DNA from: an uncultured Rhodospirillaceae bacterium
GTDB taxonomy: Bacteria > Pseudomonadota > Alphaproteobacteria > JAEULC01
Length of the DNA: 64,000 nt
Direction: 5' to 3'
Assembly (NCBI GenBank): GCA_964557415.1
Contig: CAZLBB010000002.1
Location: 25,645-89,644, forward strand
This document shows, piece by piece, positions 36,345 to 46,350 of this stretch. A program made the translations under genes and the position numbers. The notes beneath the pieces were generated by a model that ran no database searches, was not told the origin of the DNA, and worked only from the letters and a program-made list of their open reading frames with translations. Each line of letters starts with the position of its first letter. Position 1 is the first letter of the stretch.

Positions 36345-38876
36345 CTAGCTCCCGTTGGCGCGCAGCTTGTCGGCGCTCGACAGCGCCGCGTCGATCGCGG
36401 CGAGGAACCCCTTCACGTCGATCGGCTTGGTCAGGTAGCGGAAGAAGCCGGCTGCCTGGCCGCGCTTGATATCTAGCGGCATGGCCGCGGCGGTCAGCGC
36501 GATCACCGGGATGTGGCAGGTCTCCGGCATCGCCTTGAGACGCGCCAGGACCTCGTAGCCGTTCATCTCCGGCAGGTTGAGGTCGAGCACGATCACGTCC
36601 GGGCGGTGCGCCACGGCGAGGTCCAGCCCAAGGCTCGGCCTGCTCGCCGACAGCATGACCACCTCGGGAATCGTCGATATCAGGTGCTCCATGAGGCGCA
36701 GGTTGGTCGGGTTGTCCTCGAAGTACAGCAGCGAGTAGCCGCCGGCCAACGCGCGCGCCGCCGCCGTATGTCTCGGCTTGGCCGCAGGCCGCCCGCCGCT
36801 CGATGCGGCGGTCTCCATGGGGATGTCGACCCAGAAGCTGCTGCCCTCTCCGAACTTCGTCTCGTAGCCGAGTTCGCCGTCCATCGCCTCGGCCAGGCGC
36901 TTGCATATCGACAGCCCGATGCCAGCGCCTTCGATTGCGGTGTATTCGGCACCCAGCCGCTTGAACGGCTGGAACAGCTCGGCCTCGCGCTCCTTGGCGA
37001 TGCCAATGCCCGTGTCGCGCACGAGCAGGCGAACGCGTCCGTTCGGCATCTGGGCGGCCGCCACCACGACCGATCCCCCGGGGCGGTTGTACTTGACCGC
37101 ATTGGAGACGAGATTGATCAGGATCTGGCGCAGCCGCAGGTCGTCTGCCCGCACGTCCGGAACCGCATCTGCGTTCCGCACGTCGAGCGCGATGCCCGAC
37201 TTCTGCGCCAGCGCCGACATCGTATTGCGCAGGCTGGCGAACACGTCCGCCACCGCGACGCGCTCGATCGACAGTTTCATCTCCCCGCTCTCGATCCGCG
37301 CGAGATCGAGCACCTCGTTGACGAGAGCCAGCAGGTGGTGTCCGGAGTCGTTGATGTGACGGCTATACTCCAATTGCGACCCGGTCAGGTTCACGGGACG
37401 GTTCAACTCCAGCATTTGCGCGAAGCCGATGATCGCGTTCAAGGGCGTGCGCAGCTCGTGGCTCATGCGCGACAGGAATTCGGACTTCGCCCGGTTCGCC
37501 TTGTCCGCCGCCTCGGTGGCGGCCGCCAGCTGGGCTTCGCGGCGCTTCCGCTCTGTGATGTCGGTATGCGTTATGGCAAGGTACCCGTTCGGCATCGGCG
37601 ACCATTGCACGGCGATCACGGTTCCGTCGCGACGCCGGCGCTCGTAGCGCCTGTGCTCGCCCGATGCCGCGTATTCCAGCCGGTCCGTCACTGCCCGTGC
37701 CGGATCTTCTCCGTCATACTCGCCGCTATCGCGGATGGCACGCAGCAAGTCGTCCAGCGGCGCTCCCTTCGCGATCATTCCGCTCGGGAGGCTGAAGAAC
37801 GACGCCAGCTTGGCGTTCCAGGCCACCAGCCGGCGATCGCGGTCGAACACGGCGACTGCCTGGTCGATGCTGGCGAACACCGATTCGAGCAGGGACGACT
37901 TCTCCGCCGCAGCTTTGGCGAGTTGCTCGCGCCGCCTGACCAACACGAGCAGCAGCCAGGCGCCGAGCCCCGTCGCGGCGACCACCAGCGCCGCCACGGG
38001 CACCGTCACCGAGAGCTGCCGGCGAAAGCCGGCCAGGGTGTCGCCTCGCGAAATCGTCGCGGTGACGACCAACGGATGCCCGGGCACGGCGCCATAGCTG
38101 ATGATCCGGTCGGACCCGTCGAACGCGCTGTTGCCGTGGTAGGTTCCGGACGCGGCGCGTGGGAGATGCTCGCGAAACAGTCTGCCGTCGGCGAACGTCC
38201 GGCCAGCAAGCGATGGAATGTCCGGATTGCGCGCCAGGATCGTGCCGTCCCGGCGCAGCAACGTCACCCTTCCGTCGCCGCCGATATCCAACGAGTGATA
38301 ATAATTCGTGAAGTACTCCAGCGCGACGATCGCGTTGACGATGCCTGCGAAACGGCCTTGCGCATCGTCATAGCGGCGTGAAACGGTGATAATCCAGCTT
38401 CCATCCACGACCGAGCGGATCGGCGATGCGATGTGCATACCGTCGACGGAACGGTTCGCGTGGACGACGAACTGCTCCTGGTCGGCGATGTTGAGCGCGG
38501 CCGGATGGCGAAACTCCGACGAATACAGCCGATTTCCACGTGCATCGGTCCAGCCCAGGCGACGTACGACCGGAGAACCGCCGACGATGCCGCGCAGTAC
38601 GTCGTGAGCGGACGCGTTGCTCTTGAGCGGCTCCGATTCCGTTTCGCGGCGCAGTTCCACCGTCGCCGCAAGCGCGCGCGACACAACCTCGAAGGTGCGC
38701 GCCGTGCTCTCGACAAGCAGGATGCGCACGTTCTGCGCCTCGCGATCGGCACGCGCGAGCGCGCGCTGGTAGCTGTCGTAGGCACCGTAGGTGAGCCAGG
38801 CGAGCACGGCGCCGACAATGAGCGACGCGACTGCGCCAATTGCTCGCGCAGGACTCGGCAGGCCGGTACTCGGCAT
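36345..38876 (-). CDS. Hybrid sensor histidine kinase (periplasmic Cache-like, one PAS-like domain, HisKA, HATPase, receiver)
   Basis: Two TM segments, [42 protein letters not shown] receiver. Confidence 0.92.
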   Translation of the reverse strand: MPSTGLPSPARAIGAVASLIVGAVLAWLTYGAYDSYQRALARADREAQNVRILLVESTARTFEVVSRALAATVELRRETESEPLKSNASAHDVLRGIVGGSPVVRRLGWTDARGNRLYSSEFRHPAALNIADQEQFVVHANRSVDGMHIASPIRSVVDGSWIITVSRRYDDAQGRFAGIVNAIVALEYFTNYYHSLDIGGDGRVTLLRRDGTILARNPDIPSLAGRTFADGRLFREHLPRAASGTYHGNSAFDGSDRIISYGAVPGHPLVVTATISRGDTLAGFRRQLSVTVPVAALVVAATGLGAWLLLVLVRRREQLAKAAAEKSSLLESVFASIDQAVAVFDRDRRLVAWNAKLASFFSLPSGMIAKGAPLDDLLRAIRDSGEYDGEDPARAVTDRLEYAASGEHRRYERRRRDGTVIAVQWSPMPNGYLAITHTDITERKRREAQLAAATEAADKANRAKSEFLSRMSHELRTPLNAIIGFAQMLELNRPVNLTGSQLEYSRHINDSGHHLLALVNEVLDLARIESGEMKLSIERVAVADVFASLRNTMSALAQKSGIALDVRNADAVPDVRADDLRLRQILINLVSNAVKYNRPGGSVVVAAAQMPNGRVRLLVRDTGIGIAKEREAELFQPFKRLGAEYTAIEGAGIGLSICKRLAEAMDGELGYETKFGEGSSFWVDIPMETAASSGGRPAAKPRHTAAARALAGGYSLLYFEDNPTNLRLMEHLISTIPEVVMLSASRPSLGLDLAVAHRPDVIVLDLNLPEMNGYEVLARLKAMPETCHIPVIALTAAAMPLDIKRGQAAGFFRYLTKPIDVKGFLAAIDAALSSADKLRANGS

Positions 38877-39067
38877 CACGCGACCCCTCCGGCATCGCAT
38901 CGAGTGCGTTCGAGGGGCGCCTCGTTACGCGAGTTTTCGCGCGAATGCACGGCAAAACCCACGCCAAGGCAGCTGACCGAAATCAAGCTGGAATTCCCGC
39001 GTGCATGCAAGCGCTTACACAGCGCGGAGCCGCCGCTTCGCCCTGCTGCATGCGACGCAGCCCGCCG

Positions 39068-42000
39068 CTAGGCCGTCTCGGGAAGGTTCTTATCGCCGCT
39101 AGCGAGCGCTTCATCGACCGCGGCGAGAAACGCCTTCACGTCGAGCGGCTTGGTCACGTAGCGGAAAAAGCCGGCGGCAAGACCGCGGGCGATGTCGACT
39201 GGCATGGCGGCCGCAGTCAGCGCCAGGACCGGAATGTCGCGCGTCTCCGGTTTCGACTTGAGCCGGGCGAGCATGTCCAGTCCGCTCATCTCCGGCATGT
39301 TGAGGTCGAGCACAATGACGCTCGGTCGGTGCGCGACCGCCAGGTCCAGGCCCAGCCGCGGCGTCGCCGCGGACAGCATGACTACATCGGGCAGCGTCGA
39401 GATCAGGTGCTCCATGAGACGCAGGTTGACCGGGTTGTCTTCGACATAGAGCAACGAATAGCCGCCCGCCGTCGCCCGCGACTCGGGCAATGCCCCCGCA
39501 GACGCGCCTTGCGCCGTCCGAGACGCGCTCTCGGCCGTCTCGATCGGCAGTTCGATCCAGAACGTGCTGCCTTGGTCGGGAACGCTCGAGAAGCCGATCG
39601 TGCCGCCCATCGCCTCGATCAGGCGCTTGGCGATCGCCAGGCCGATGCCGGTCCCTTCGATCGCGGTGTATTCGGCGCCCGCGCGATTGAAGGGGACGAA
39701 GATGTCCTTCTGCTGCTCGGGCGGGATGCCGATCCCGGTATCGAGCACGATGAAGCGCACGCGTCCGCCAGGCGTGCCCATGGCCGACAGGAAGACCGAG
39801 CCGCCCGGACGATTGTACTTGATGGCGTTCGAAACCAGGTTGATCAGGATCTGGCGCAATCGCAGATCGTCCGCGCGGATGTCCGGGACATGCGCGGCAT
39901 CGGCGATCTCGAGCGCGACGCCCGCCTTGGCGGCAAGCGGCGCCATGGTGTCGCGCACCCCTTCCAGGGCGTCGCCGACCGAGACCCGCTCGATCGAGAG
40001 CTTGAGGTTGCCCGATTCCACGCGCGAGAGATCGAGGATGTCGTTGACGAGGCCGAGCAGATGGCGCCCGCCACGCTCGATGTGGGCGCAGTACTCCTTC
40101 TGCCGCTCCGTCAGGGTCTGCGAGCGGTCCAGCTCGAGCATCTGCGCGAAGCCGATCACGGCGTTGAGCGGCGTGCGCAGTTCGTGGCTCATGCGCGACA
40201 GGAAGTCGGATTTGGCGCGGTTCGCCTGCTCCGCCGCCTCGCGCGCGGCGGCCAGTTCGGCCTCACGCTGCTTCAACTGGGTGATATCGGTGCGGATCGC
40301 GACCACGCCGCCTTCCTGCGTCGGCCGCTCGCGCAGCGAGATCCAGCGGCCGTTGGCGAGCCGGTGCAGGTGCGGCCGCGTCGGCGGCGCCCGGTGCAGC
40401 GCGACCCGCTGCCGGATGTATTCCTCCTCGCGCCCCTTGGCGGACTCGACCAGCCCCGCCCGCACGCGCTGTTCCATGACCTCGCGGAACGTGACGCCAG
40501 GAACGAGGCGCCGCGCCATGTCCGGATCGCCGTCGCTCGCCGCTTCATTGCACAGGACCAGGCGGTCTTGCTCGTCCCACAGGATGAACCCGTCGGACAT
40601 GCTCTCGATCGCGTCGCGCAGGTGCGCATGCGCCTTGGCCGCGCGCGCCTCGCTGGCGCGCAGGTCGGCCTCGGCGGCGCGCAGCCGGGCCTCGGTCTCC
40701 TTGAGCCTGGTAATGTCCATGGCAACGGTGATCACGTACTCGACCTGGCCGCGCGCATCGCGCAGCGGCTGCTTGGCCGTGATCCAGTTGCGCCGGACGC
40801 CGTCGACGCCAGCATACTGCTCCTCGAACAGCCCCGCCGCTTCGCCGGACTCGATGACGCGCCGGTCCAGTTCGCGCGTGTAGCTGCCGTAGCGTGCGCC
40901 CAAGAGTTCGGCCGCTGTCTTGCCGACGGCTTCCGGCGGCGTGGTTCCGTAAAGCTCGGCCTGGTACGAGTTCATCAGCACGTAGCGGGAGTCCAGGTCC
41001 TTGGCGTTGATCATCGCCGGTATGGCATCGACTACCGCGCGCAGCATCGCCGCGGCCTCTATCTCCTTCGTCATGTCGCGGCCGGTGCCGCGGTAGCCGC
41101 GGAAGCGGCCCGTTTCGTCGAACACCGGCACGCCGCTGACCGACAGGTGCCGCAGCCGGCCGTCGGGTCCGATCTGCTGGTAGCGGAAGTCGTGCAGCGG
41201 TTTGCGCGCGGCCAGGGTCTCGTCGTGAATCCGCCATTCGTCTTCGGTGACGCCCAGCTTTGTGGTCTCGCGCCGTGTCTTGCCGTAATTCCCTTCCGGC
41301 GTGATCGACGCATGCTGCCCTTTCGCCGACGAGATGGCGGTGAAGCGCAGGTTCTCGTCCTGCTCCCAGTACCAGTCCGCCGAGGACAGGGCGAAATCGC
41401 GGAAGCGCTTCTCGCCTTCGCGCAGCGCCGCTTCGGCCCGCTTCTGTTCGGTGACGTCCGTATGGATGATCGTCAGGAACCCGTTAGGCATCGGCGTCCA
41501 TTGCACCTCGACGATCGCGCCGTTGCGCCTGCGCCGCTCGTAGCGGCGCGGCTGGCGCGCGCGCGCGGCAGCGATCAGCTCGTCGACGGCCGCATCGGCA
41601 GCCCCGCCGTCCCCGAAGTCCCCGCGCTCGGCGAAGTATCGCAGGCGATCCTCGAGCCGGGCCCCGCGATGCAGATGCACGCCACCGGCATAGTCCATGG
41701 CGGCGAGATGCTCGTTCCAGGCGACCAGCCGGAGCTCCGTGTCGTAGACCGAGACGCCCTGCCGCATGGTCTTGAAGACCGACTCGAGCAGCGCGGTCTT
41801 TTCCGCCAGCAGCATGGCTTGCGCTTCGATTTCGCGCTCGCGCTGCTTGCGCTCGGTGATGTCCAGATGCGTGACCGCCATGTAGCCGTTGGGCATCGGC
41901 ACCCATTCGACTTCCATGTCGATGCCGTTCGGGCAACGGCGCTCGTACCGCCGATGTCGCCCCTCGCGCACGATCGCCACGCGATCGCGCACGGCCTGCT

Positions 42001-43924
42001 CGGGATCCTCGCCCGCGTATTCGCCGTTGGCGGCGAGGGTGCGCAATCGCTCCTCCAGGCCCATGCCATAGCGCAACGGTGCGATCGCGGTATTGAAGAA
42101 TTTGCCGATATGCTCGTTCCAGGCCACAACCTTGAGGTCGGGATCGAAAACGACGACGCCCTGCTTGATGCTGGTGAAGACCGACTCGAGCAGGGCCGTC
42201 TTCTCGGCCAGCATGGCGCGCTGCGCCTCGATTTCCGCTTCGCGTTGCCGGCGCTCGGTGACGTCGCGGATGGCGCTGAACACGAGCAATCCCTCGGGCG
42301 CCTGCATCGGGCTCAGGCTGATCTCGATCGGGAACTCCGTGCCGTCCTTCTTCAGGCCAAAGAGCTCCGTTGCGTTGCCCATCTTGCGCACTTGGGGCGT
42401 TCCGGAGTACTGCGCCCGATGCTCCGGGTGACGGGCGCGGAACCGCTCGGGCATCAGGCTCTCGACCGGCTGGCCCAGCAGCTCGTCGCGCCGGTAGCCG
42501 AAAAGCCGCTCGGTCTGCGCGTTGACGAGTACGATCCGGCCCTGCTCGTTGGCGATGACCATGGCGTCGGGCGCCAGCTCCAGTACGCTCCGGAACTTCG
42601 CTTCGGCACGCTTGCGCTCGGTGACGTCGCGGGCGATCGTCGACGCGCCGATGATCGCCCCGCCGGCATCGCGCACCGGCGACACGGTAATCGAGACATC
42701 GACGCGCGTGCCGTCCCTGCGCAGCCGGACCGTCTCGCAGTTCGCCAGAACCTCTCCACGCCTGACGAGATCGGTCAACCCGGCTTCCTCGTCGGCGCGA
42801 TCCGGCGGCACGATTGCGTCGACACGCCGGCCGAGCACCTCCTCGGCGCGGTACCCGAACATGCGCTCGGCTGCGGCATTCCAGCTCGTGATCGTGCCAT
42901 CGAACCGCTTGGTGACGATCGCGTCGTCGGTCGACTCGACGATGGCTGCCAGCGAGGCCTTGGCCCGGAACGCCTCCTCTTTTCGCCGCAGCAGCATCAG
43001 AAGGACGGCAGCCGCGGCCATCACGGCGGCGACGGTCAACGCCGTCCGGAACAGGGAACCCGCGAGGCGCTGACGGAAGCCGGCCAGCGCGTCGCGCACG
43101 CTGATGCTCGTGGCGACCACCAGCGGCAGCCCCGGCACCGCGCCGTAGCTGACGAGGCGGTCCAGGCCGTCGAGTGGGCTGACCGCGCGATACGCACCCG
43201 TGGGCGCGTCGGATAGACGCTCGCGAAGCCAGGTCGTATAGGCCGTCGATGCCTGCCCGTCCGCCGGCAGCTCCGGATCGCGTACCAGCACCGTACCGTC
43301 GCGCCGCATCAGGAGGATGCTGCGGTCGGCCCCCAGCTCGAGCGATTGATAGAAATTGGTGAAATACTCGTGCAGGACGATGCCGTTGACGACGCCGACG
43401 AACCGTCCACTGGCGTCGCTGGCGCGCCGCGAGACCAGGATGATCCGCGAATAGTCCAGCAGTGAGCGCACCGGTGCAGCGATGTAGAGGCCCGTATCGG
43501 GCGAGGCGGCGTGGACCCGGAAGTGATCCTGGTGGGCCGAGTTGAGCGGCGGCGGATCGCGAAAGCGCGAGGAGTAGATCCGCTCGCCCACCTCGTTGGT
43601 CCAGCTCAGGCCCTGCAGCACGGGCGATCCGCCGTGGATCGCCTTGAGCATGTCATGGACAGCCGATCTCGGTATCAGCCCGGCTTCTGCTTCCTTGCGC
43701 ATGTCGATTGCTGCATTGAGCGCGCGCGACACGGATTCGAAGCTGCGTGCGGCATGCTCGACCAGCATGTTCCGCGCATTGTCCGCGTCGCGCACGGCGC
43801 GAGCGATGGCGGCGCGGTAACCGGAATAGGCCTCGTACGCCGCCGCGCCGCAGATTGCGGCGATCAGCAGCGCGGTTCCGGTCAAAATCAGCGTTCTTGG
43901 ACTCTGCCCCGATGCGGCGCCCAT
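39068..43924 (-). CDS. Large multi-PAS hybrid sensor histidine kinase
   Basis: Same N- and C-terminal architecture as 36345-38876 with about seven PAS/PAC-like segments; [14 protein letters not shown]; start placed at MGAASGQ. Confidence 0.92.
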   Translation of the reverse strand: MGAASGQSPRTLILTGTALLIAAICGAAAYEAYSGYRAAIARAVRDADNARNMLVEHAARSFESVSRALNAAIDMRKEAEAGLIPRSAVHDMLKAIHGGSPVLQGLSWTNEVGERIYSSRFRDPPPLNSAHQDHFRVHAASPDTGLYIAAPVRSLLDYSRIILVSRRASDASGRFVGVVNGIVLHEYFTNFYQSLELGADRSILLMRRDGTVLVRDPELPADGQASTAYTTWLRERLSDAPTGAYRAVSPLDGLDRLVSYGAVPGLPLVVATSISVRDALAGFRQRLAGSLFRTALTVAAVMAAAAVLLMLLRRKEEAFRAKASLAAIVESTDDAIVTKRFDGTITSWNAAAERMFGYRAEEVLGRRVDAIVPPDRADEEAGLTDLVRRGEVLANCETVRLRRDGTRVDVSITVSPVRDAGGAIIGASTIARDVTERKRAEAKFRSVLELAPDAMVIANEQGRIVLVNAQTERLFGYRRDELLGQPVESLMPERFRARHPEHRAQYSGTPQVRKMGNATELFGLKKDGTEFPIEISLSPMQAPEGLLVFSAIRDVTERRQREAEIEAQRAMLAEKTALLESVFTSIKQGVVVFDPDLKVVAWNEHIGKFFNTAIAPLRYGMGLEERLRTLAANGEYAGEDPEQAVRDRVAIVREGRHRRYERRCPNGIDMEVEWVPMPNGYMAVTHLDITERKQREREIEAQAMLLAEKTALLESVFKTMRQGVSVYDTELRLVAWNEHLAAMDYAGGVHLHRGARLEDRLRYFAERGDFGDGGAADAAVDELIAAARARQPRRYERRRRNGAIVEVQWTPMPNGFLTIIHTDVTEQKRAEAALREGEKRFRDFALSSADWYWEQDENLRFTAISSAKGQHASITPEGNYGKTRRETTKLGVTEDEWRIHDETLAARKPLHDFRYQQIGPDGRLRHLSVSGVPVFDETGRFRGYRGTGRDMTKEIEAAAMLRAVVDAIPAMINAKDLDSRYVLMNSYQAELYGTTPPEAVGKTAAELLGARYGSYTRELDRRVIESGEAAGLFEEQYAGVDGVRRNWITAKQPLRDARGQVEYVITVAMDITRLKETEARLRAAEADLRASEARAAKAHAHLRDAIESMSDGFILWDEQDRLVLCNEAASDGDPDMARRLVPGVTFREVMEQRVRAGLVESAKGREEEYIRQRVALHRAPPTRPHLHRLANGRWISLRERPTQEGGVVAIRTDITQLKQREAELAAAREAAEQANRAKSDFLSRMSHELRTPLNAVIGFAQMLELDRSQTLTERQKEYCAHIERGGRHLLGLVNDILDLSRVESGNLKLSIERVSVGDALEGVRDTMAPLAAKAGVALEIADAAHVPDIRADDLRLRQILINLVSNAIKYNRPGGSVFLSAMGTPGGRVRFIVLDTGIGIPPEQQKDIFVPFNRAGAEYTAIEGTGIGLAIAKRLIEAMGGTIGFSSVPDQGSTFWIELPIETAESASRTAQGASAGALPESRATAGGYSLLYVEDNPVNLRLMEHLISTLPDVVMLSAATPRLGLDLAVAHRPSVIVLDLNMPEMSGLDMLARLKSKPETRDIPVLALTAAAMPVDIARGLAAGFFRYVTKPLDVKAFLAAVDEALASGDKNLPETA

Positions 43925-44012
43925 ACCTGTCACCTCGGATCTGGAGAGGTGCGCCGCCCCCAAGGCCGCACCGCGATCCCGAACCGCGATAGGTAGGGAT
44001 AGCCGGAATAGG

Positions 44013-44028
44013 GTTAATAAAAGCTGAA
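44013..44028 (-). promoter_or_regulatory. Possible CtrA box upstream of the large kinase
   Basis: Minus strand TTCA-GCTTTTA-TTAAC, one mismatch to TTAA-N7-TTAAC, in an AT-rich patch about 90 bp upstream of the start. Confidence 0.4.
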
Positions 44029-44116
44029 GGGCCGACTGCCTGCCGGTCGGCGATGTCAACGACCGACCGATGTCCAGCTCGGCGGCATGCGGCCTTGAGC
44101 TGGATCAACTTCGGCG

Positions 44117-45610
44117 TCAGGCCACCCGTCCCACCGCGATGTGACGGAACGCATGGCCGCCGTCGTGCTTGGCCGCGTACATGGCGGCATCGGCTTGGCG
44201 TATCAGGCTCTCGCGGTCTTCCGCCGCATCCGGATAGAGCGCGATGCCGATGCTGGCGGAAATGCTCACGCGATGACCGTCGGCATCGATGGCCCGACGC
44301 ATCGACTGCAGGAACCGCTCGGCCGTAGGTTCGGCGTCCTGGCGCGCCTTGAGGCCCTCCAGGAGCACGACGAATTCGTCGCCGCCGAGCCGCGCCACGG
44401 TGTCGGTCTCGCGCACCGAGGTGCGCAGCCGGTTGGCCACTTCCTTCAAGACGGCATCGCCGGCTTCGTGACCATGGGTGTCGTTGACCGCCTTGAACCG
44501 GTCGAGATCGATGAACAGCAGCGCGACGCTGGTCTTGGCGCGGCGCGCGCGCGCCAAGGCGCCCGCCATACGGTCAAGCAGCAGGGCGCGATTGGCGAGG
44601 CCGGTCAACGAATCGTACTGCGCCAGGGCCCGCAGCGCCCGTTCGACTTCCTTGTGGACGAGCGCGGTCAGGAACGCCTCGCCCACCAGGGACAAGAGGC
44701 GCGCGGTGTCGGGATCGGCCACCGCCGCTTCGTCGACGCCGGCCAGCTCCAGGAAGCCGACGATCTCGCCGCGCTGCGCCGCCGGCACGCGCAGCACCTT
44801 GCCGCCGTCCGGGTCCGCGGCAACGATGGTGCCGCCGGCGCGCAGCTGCGCCCACCCCAACGGCGCCAGGTCGGGCAAGGGCAGGGCATCCAGGCTCGCG
44901 CCGCGCACTCCGTCCCAGCCGAACAGCCGGCGTGCGCCATCGGCATCCTGCCCGTCCCCGTCCCCGGCGGTATTGCGCGCGCTGACCAGCGAAGCCGCGC
45001 GGGCGCGGAAGAACCCGGCCAGGAGCTTCAGCGAGTCGACGATACGGCTGTCCACCTGGTCCGGCTGGATGTTGATGAACGTGCGCAGGAACGACACGAT
45101 GATCTCGCCCAGCCGCGCACGATCGATCCCCGCCTCGCCGGCATCGTCGCCGCGCCGGCGCGCCACCTCGCGCGCCAGCAGCCGGTTCACCTGCATGAGG
45201 TAGCTCGAGCTGGCGGCGGACAACCGGTCGAGCACGCGGATGCCGTTCTCGCCGCTCATCTTGAGCGCTTCGCGCACCACGGCGCCGTCGACGGCCAGGA
45301 GTGCGGCGCCCGCGAGGATCCTCGCATTGCTCGTCCGCTCGGGCTTGCCCTCGACCAGGGCCTCCCAACCGAACACGAAGCCGCGGCGTTCGGCGCGCGC
45401 CACCTCGCGCGCGTCCGGCTCGTCTCCGACCGTCAGGACCACGCCGCCCTCGAGCAGGACGAACAGATCGGAAGCGCTGTCCCCCATCTTGTGGATCAAC
45501 GCGCCCGCCGGCTGCCGCGAGACGCGCGCGACCCGCGCGATCGCAGCGAGGGTCGCCGGCGGCACCCCTTCGAGCAGTCCCAGTTCGACCAGAATTGCCG
45601 CCATGTCCAC
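44117..45610 (-). CDS. Diguanylate cyclase with N-terminal cNMP-binding domain and central GAF-like region
   Basis: FGWEAL...ERTSNAR cNMP-like cassette; YDSLTGLANR, DLDRFKAVNDTHGH, RETDTVARLGGDEF. Confidence 0.88.
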   Translation of the reverse strand: MDMAAILVELGLLEGVPPATLAAIARVARVSRQPAGALIHKMGDSASDLFVLLEGGVVLTVGDEPDAREVARAERRGFVFGWEALVEGKPERTSNARILAGAALLAVDGAVVREALKMSGENGIRVLDRLSAASSSYLMQVNRLLAREVARRRGDDAGEAGIDRARLGEIIVSFLRTFINIQPDQVDSRIVDSLKLLAGFFRARAASLVSARNTAGDGDGQDADGARRLFGWDGVRGASLDALPLPDLAPLGWAQLRAGGTIVAADPDGGKVLRVPAAQRGEIVGFLELAGVDEAAVADPDTARLLSLVGEAFLTALVHKEVERALRALAQYDSLTGLANRALLLDRMAGALARARRAKTSVALLFIDLDRFKAVNDTHGHEAGDAVLKEVANRLRTSVRETDTVARLGGDEFVVLLEGLKARQDAEPTAERFLQSMRRAIDADGHRVSISASIGIALYPDAAEDRESLIRQADAAMYAAKHDGGHAFRHIAVGRVA

Positions 45611-45757
45611 GCCGCGACTCCGTCGAAGCCGTTCGGGCTGTTGCTACCAGAAAAGCCGCGGCGCGCGTAATGGAATGTTGCGCCGGGGTCGGCGGGAAGC
45701 GCGATGCCGCCGCGCCCCGCGTTGCCCGGGCCCGGGGTCCGCGGTAGAGTTTCGCCG

Positions 45758-46099
45758 ATGCCGAAGCGCCTGGCCCTTATCCTTGCCGTCGCGCTGATCG
45801 CCGCGCCTGCGCTGGCCGGTGCGCCGTTGCCTGCGAAGGACAGAGGCGACGCCGTTCCGCCGGCTCGGCCGGCCAGCGAGTCGGTGCAGATCGGGGTCGG
45901 CGGGTACTACGGCCATCCATACGGCTACCGTTACGGACATTGGGGCTATCCAGCATGGTATTACGATCCCTGGCCGCGCACCGCGTTCTACTACGGCCCG
46001 CCGCGGCGCTGGTGGAACTATCCGCCGCCGCAGCCGCTGTGGAACGGATCGGCCGTTCTGTGGCTGCATCCGGCGCCGCCGGCCGCGGTCGCGCCATGA
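45758..46099 (+). CDS. Small secreted Gly/Tyr/Trp/Pro-rich hypothetical protein
   Basis: Signal peptide MPKRLALILAVALIAAPALA; GGYYGHPYGYRYGHWGYPAWYY. Confidence 0.65.
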   Translation: MPKRLALILAVALIAAPALAGAPLPAKDRGDAVPPARPASESVQIGVGGYYGHPYGYRYGHWGYPAWYYDPWPRTAFYYGPPRRWWNYPPPQPLWNGSAVLWLHPAPPAAVAP

Positions 46100-46350
46100 T
46101 CCGACTGCTCCTGCTGGCGGTTGCCATGGCGGCGACTGCCGGCGCCGGCAGCGCCGGTGCGGTGGAATCGTGGAACTCGCCTTGCCTGCTCGACCTCCGC
46201 CAGATCAAGGAGGATTGGACGCGCCTATCCAATCCCGAGCTCAAGGCCGCGGTATCGCGCGAGGTCACCAAGGCGGAGCAGAATTACCGCCGCGGCCAGG
46301 AAGAGCGCTGCCAGCAGCGCGTCCAGCAGATCAAGGCGATGATGAAATAG
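46096..46350 (+). CDS. Small secreted helical hypothetical protein with two Cys
   Basis: ATGA overlap with previous gene; signal peptide MIRLLLLAVAMAATAGA. Confidence 0.65.
   Translation: MIRLLLLAVAMAATAGAGSAGAVESWNSPCLLDLRQIKEDWTRLSNPELKAAVSREVTKAEQNYRRGQEERCQQRVQQIKAMMK

Noticed and set aside
39005-39020. Additional weak CRP-like sites (here, at 11461, 44140 and near 63490)
   Set aside because: Three or more mismatches or only a half site, with no matching -10 geometry.
38840-43216. 1458-aa plus-strand ORF, and similar long ORFs (23389-26370, 55447-58851, 28141-30957, 9594-11402)
   Set aside because: Antisense or alternate-frame shadows of well-supported genes; stop codons are rare at this GC, and the translations have no motifs.
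36345-43924. Repeats between the two kinases as a diversity-generating or recombination cassette
   Set aside because: Similarity is diverged and protein-level, with no adenine-specific differences, no reverse transcriptase and no invertase.
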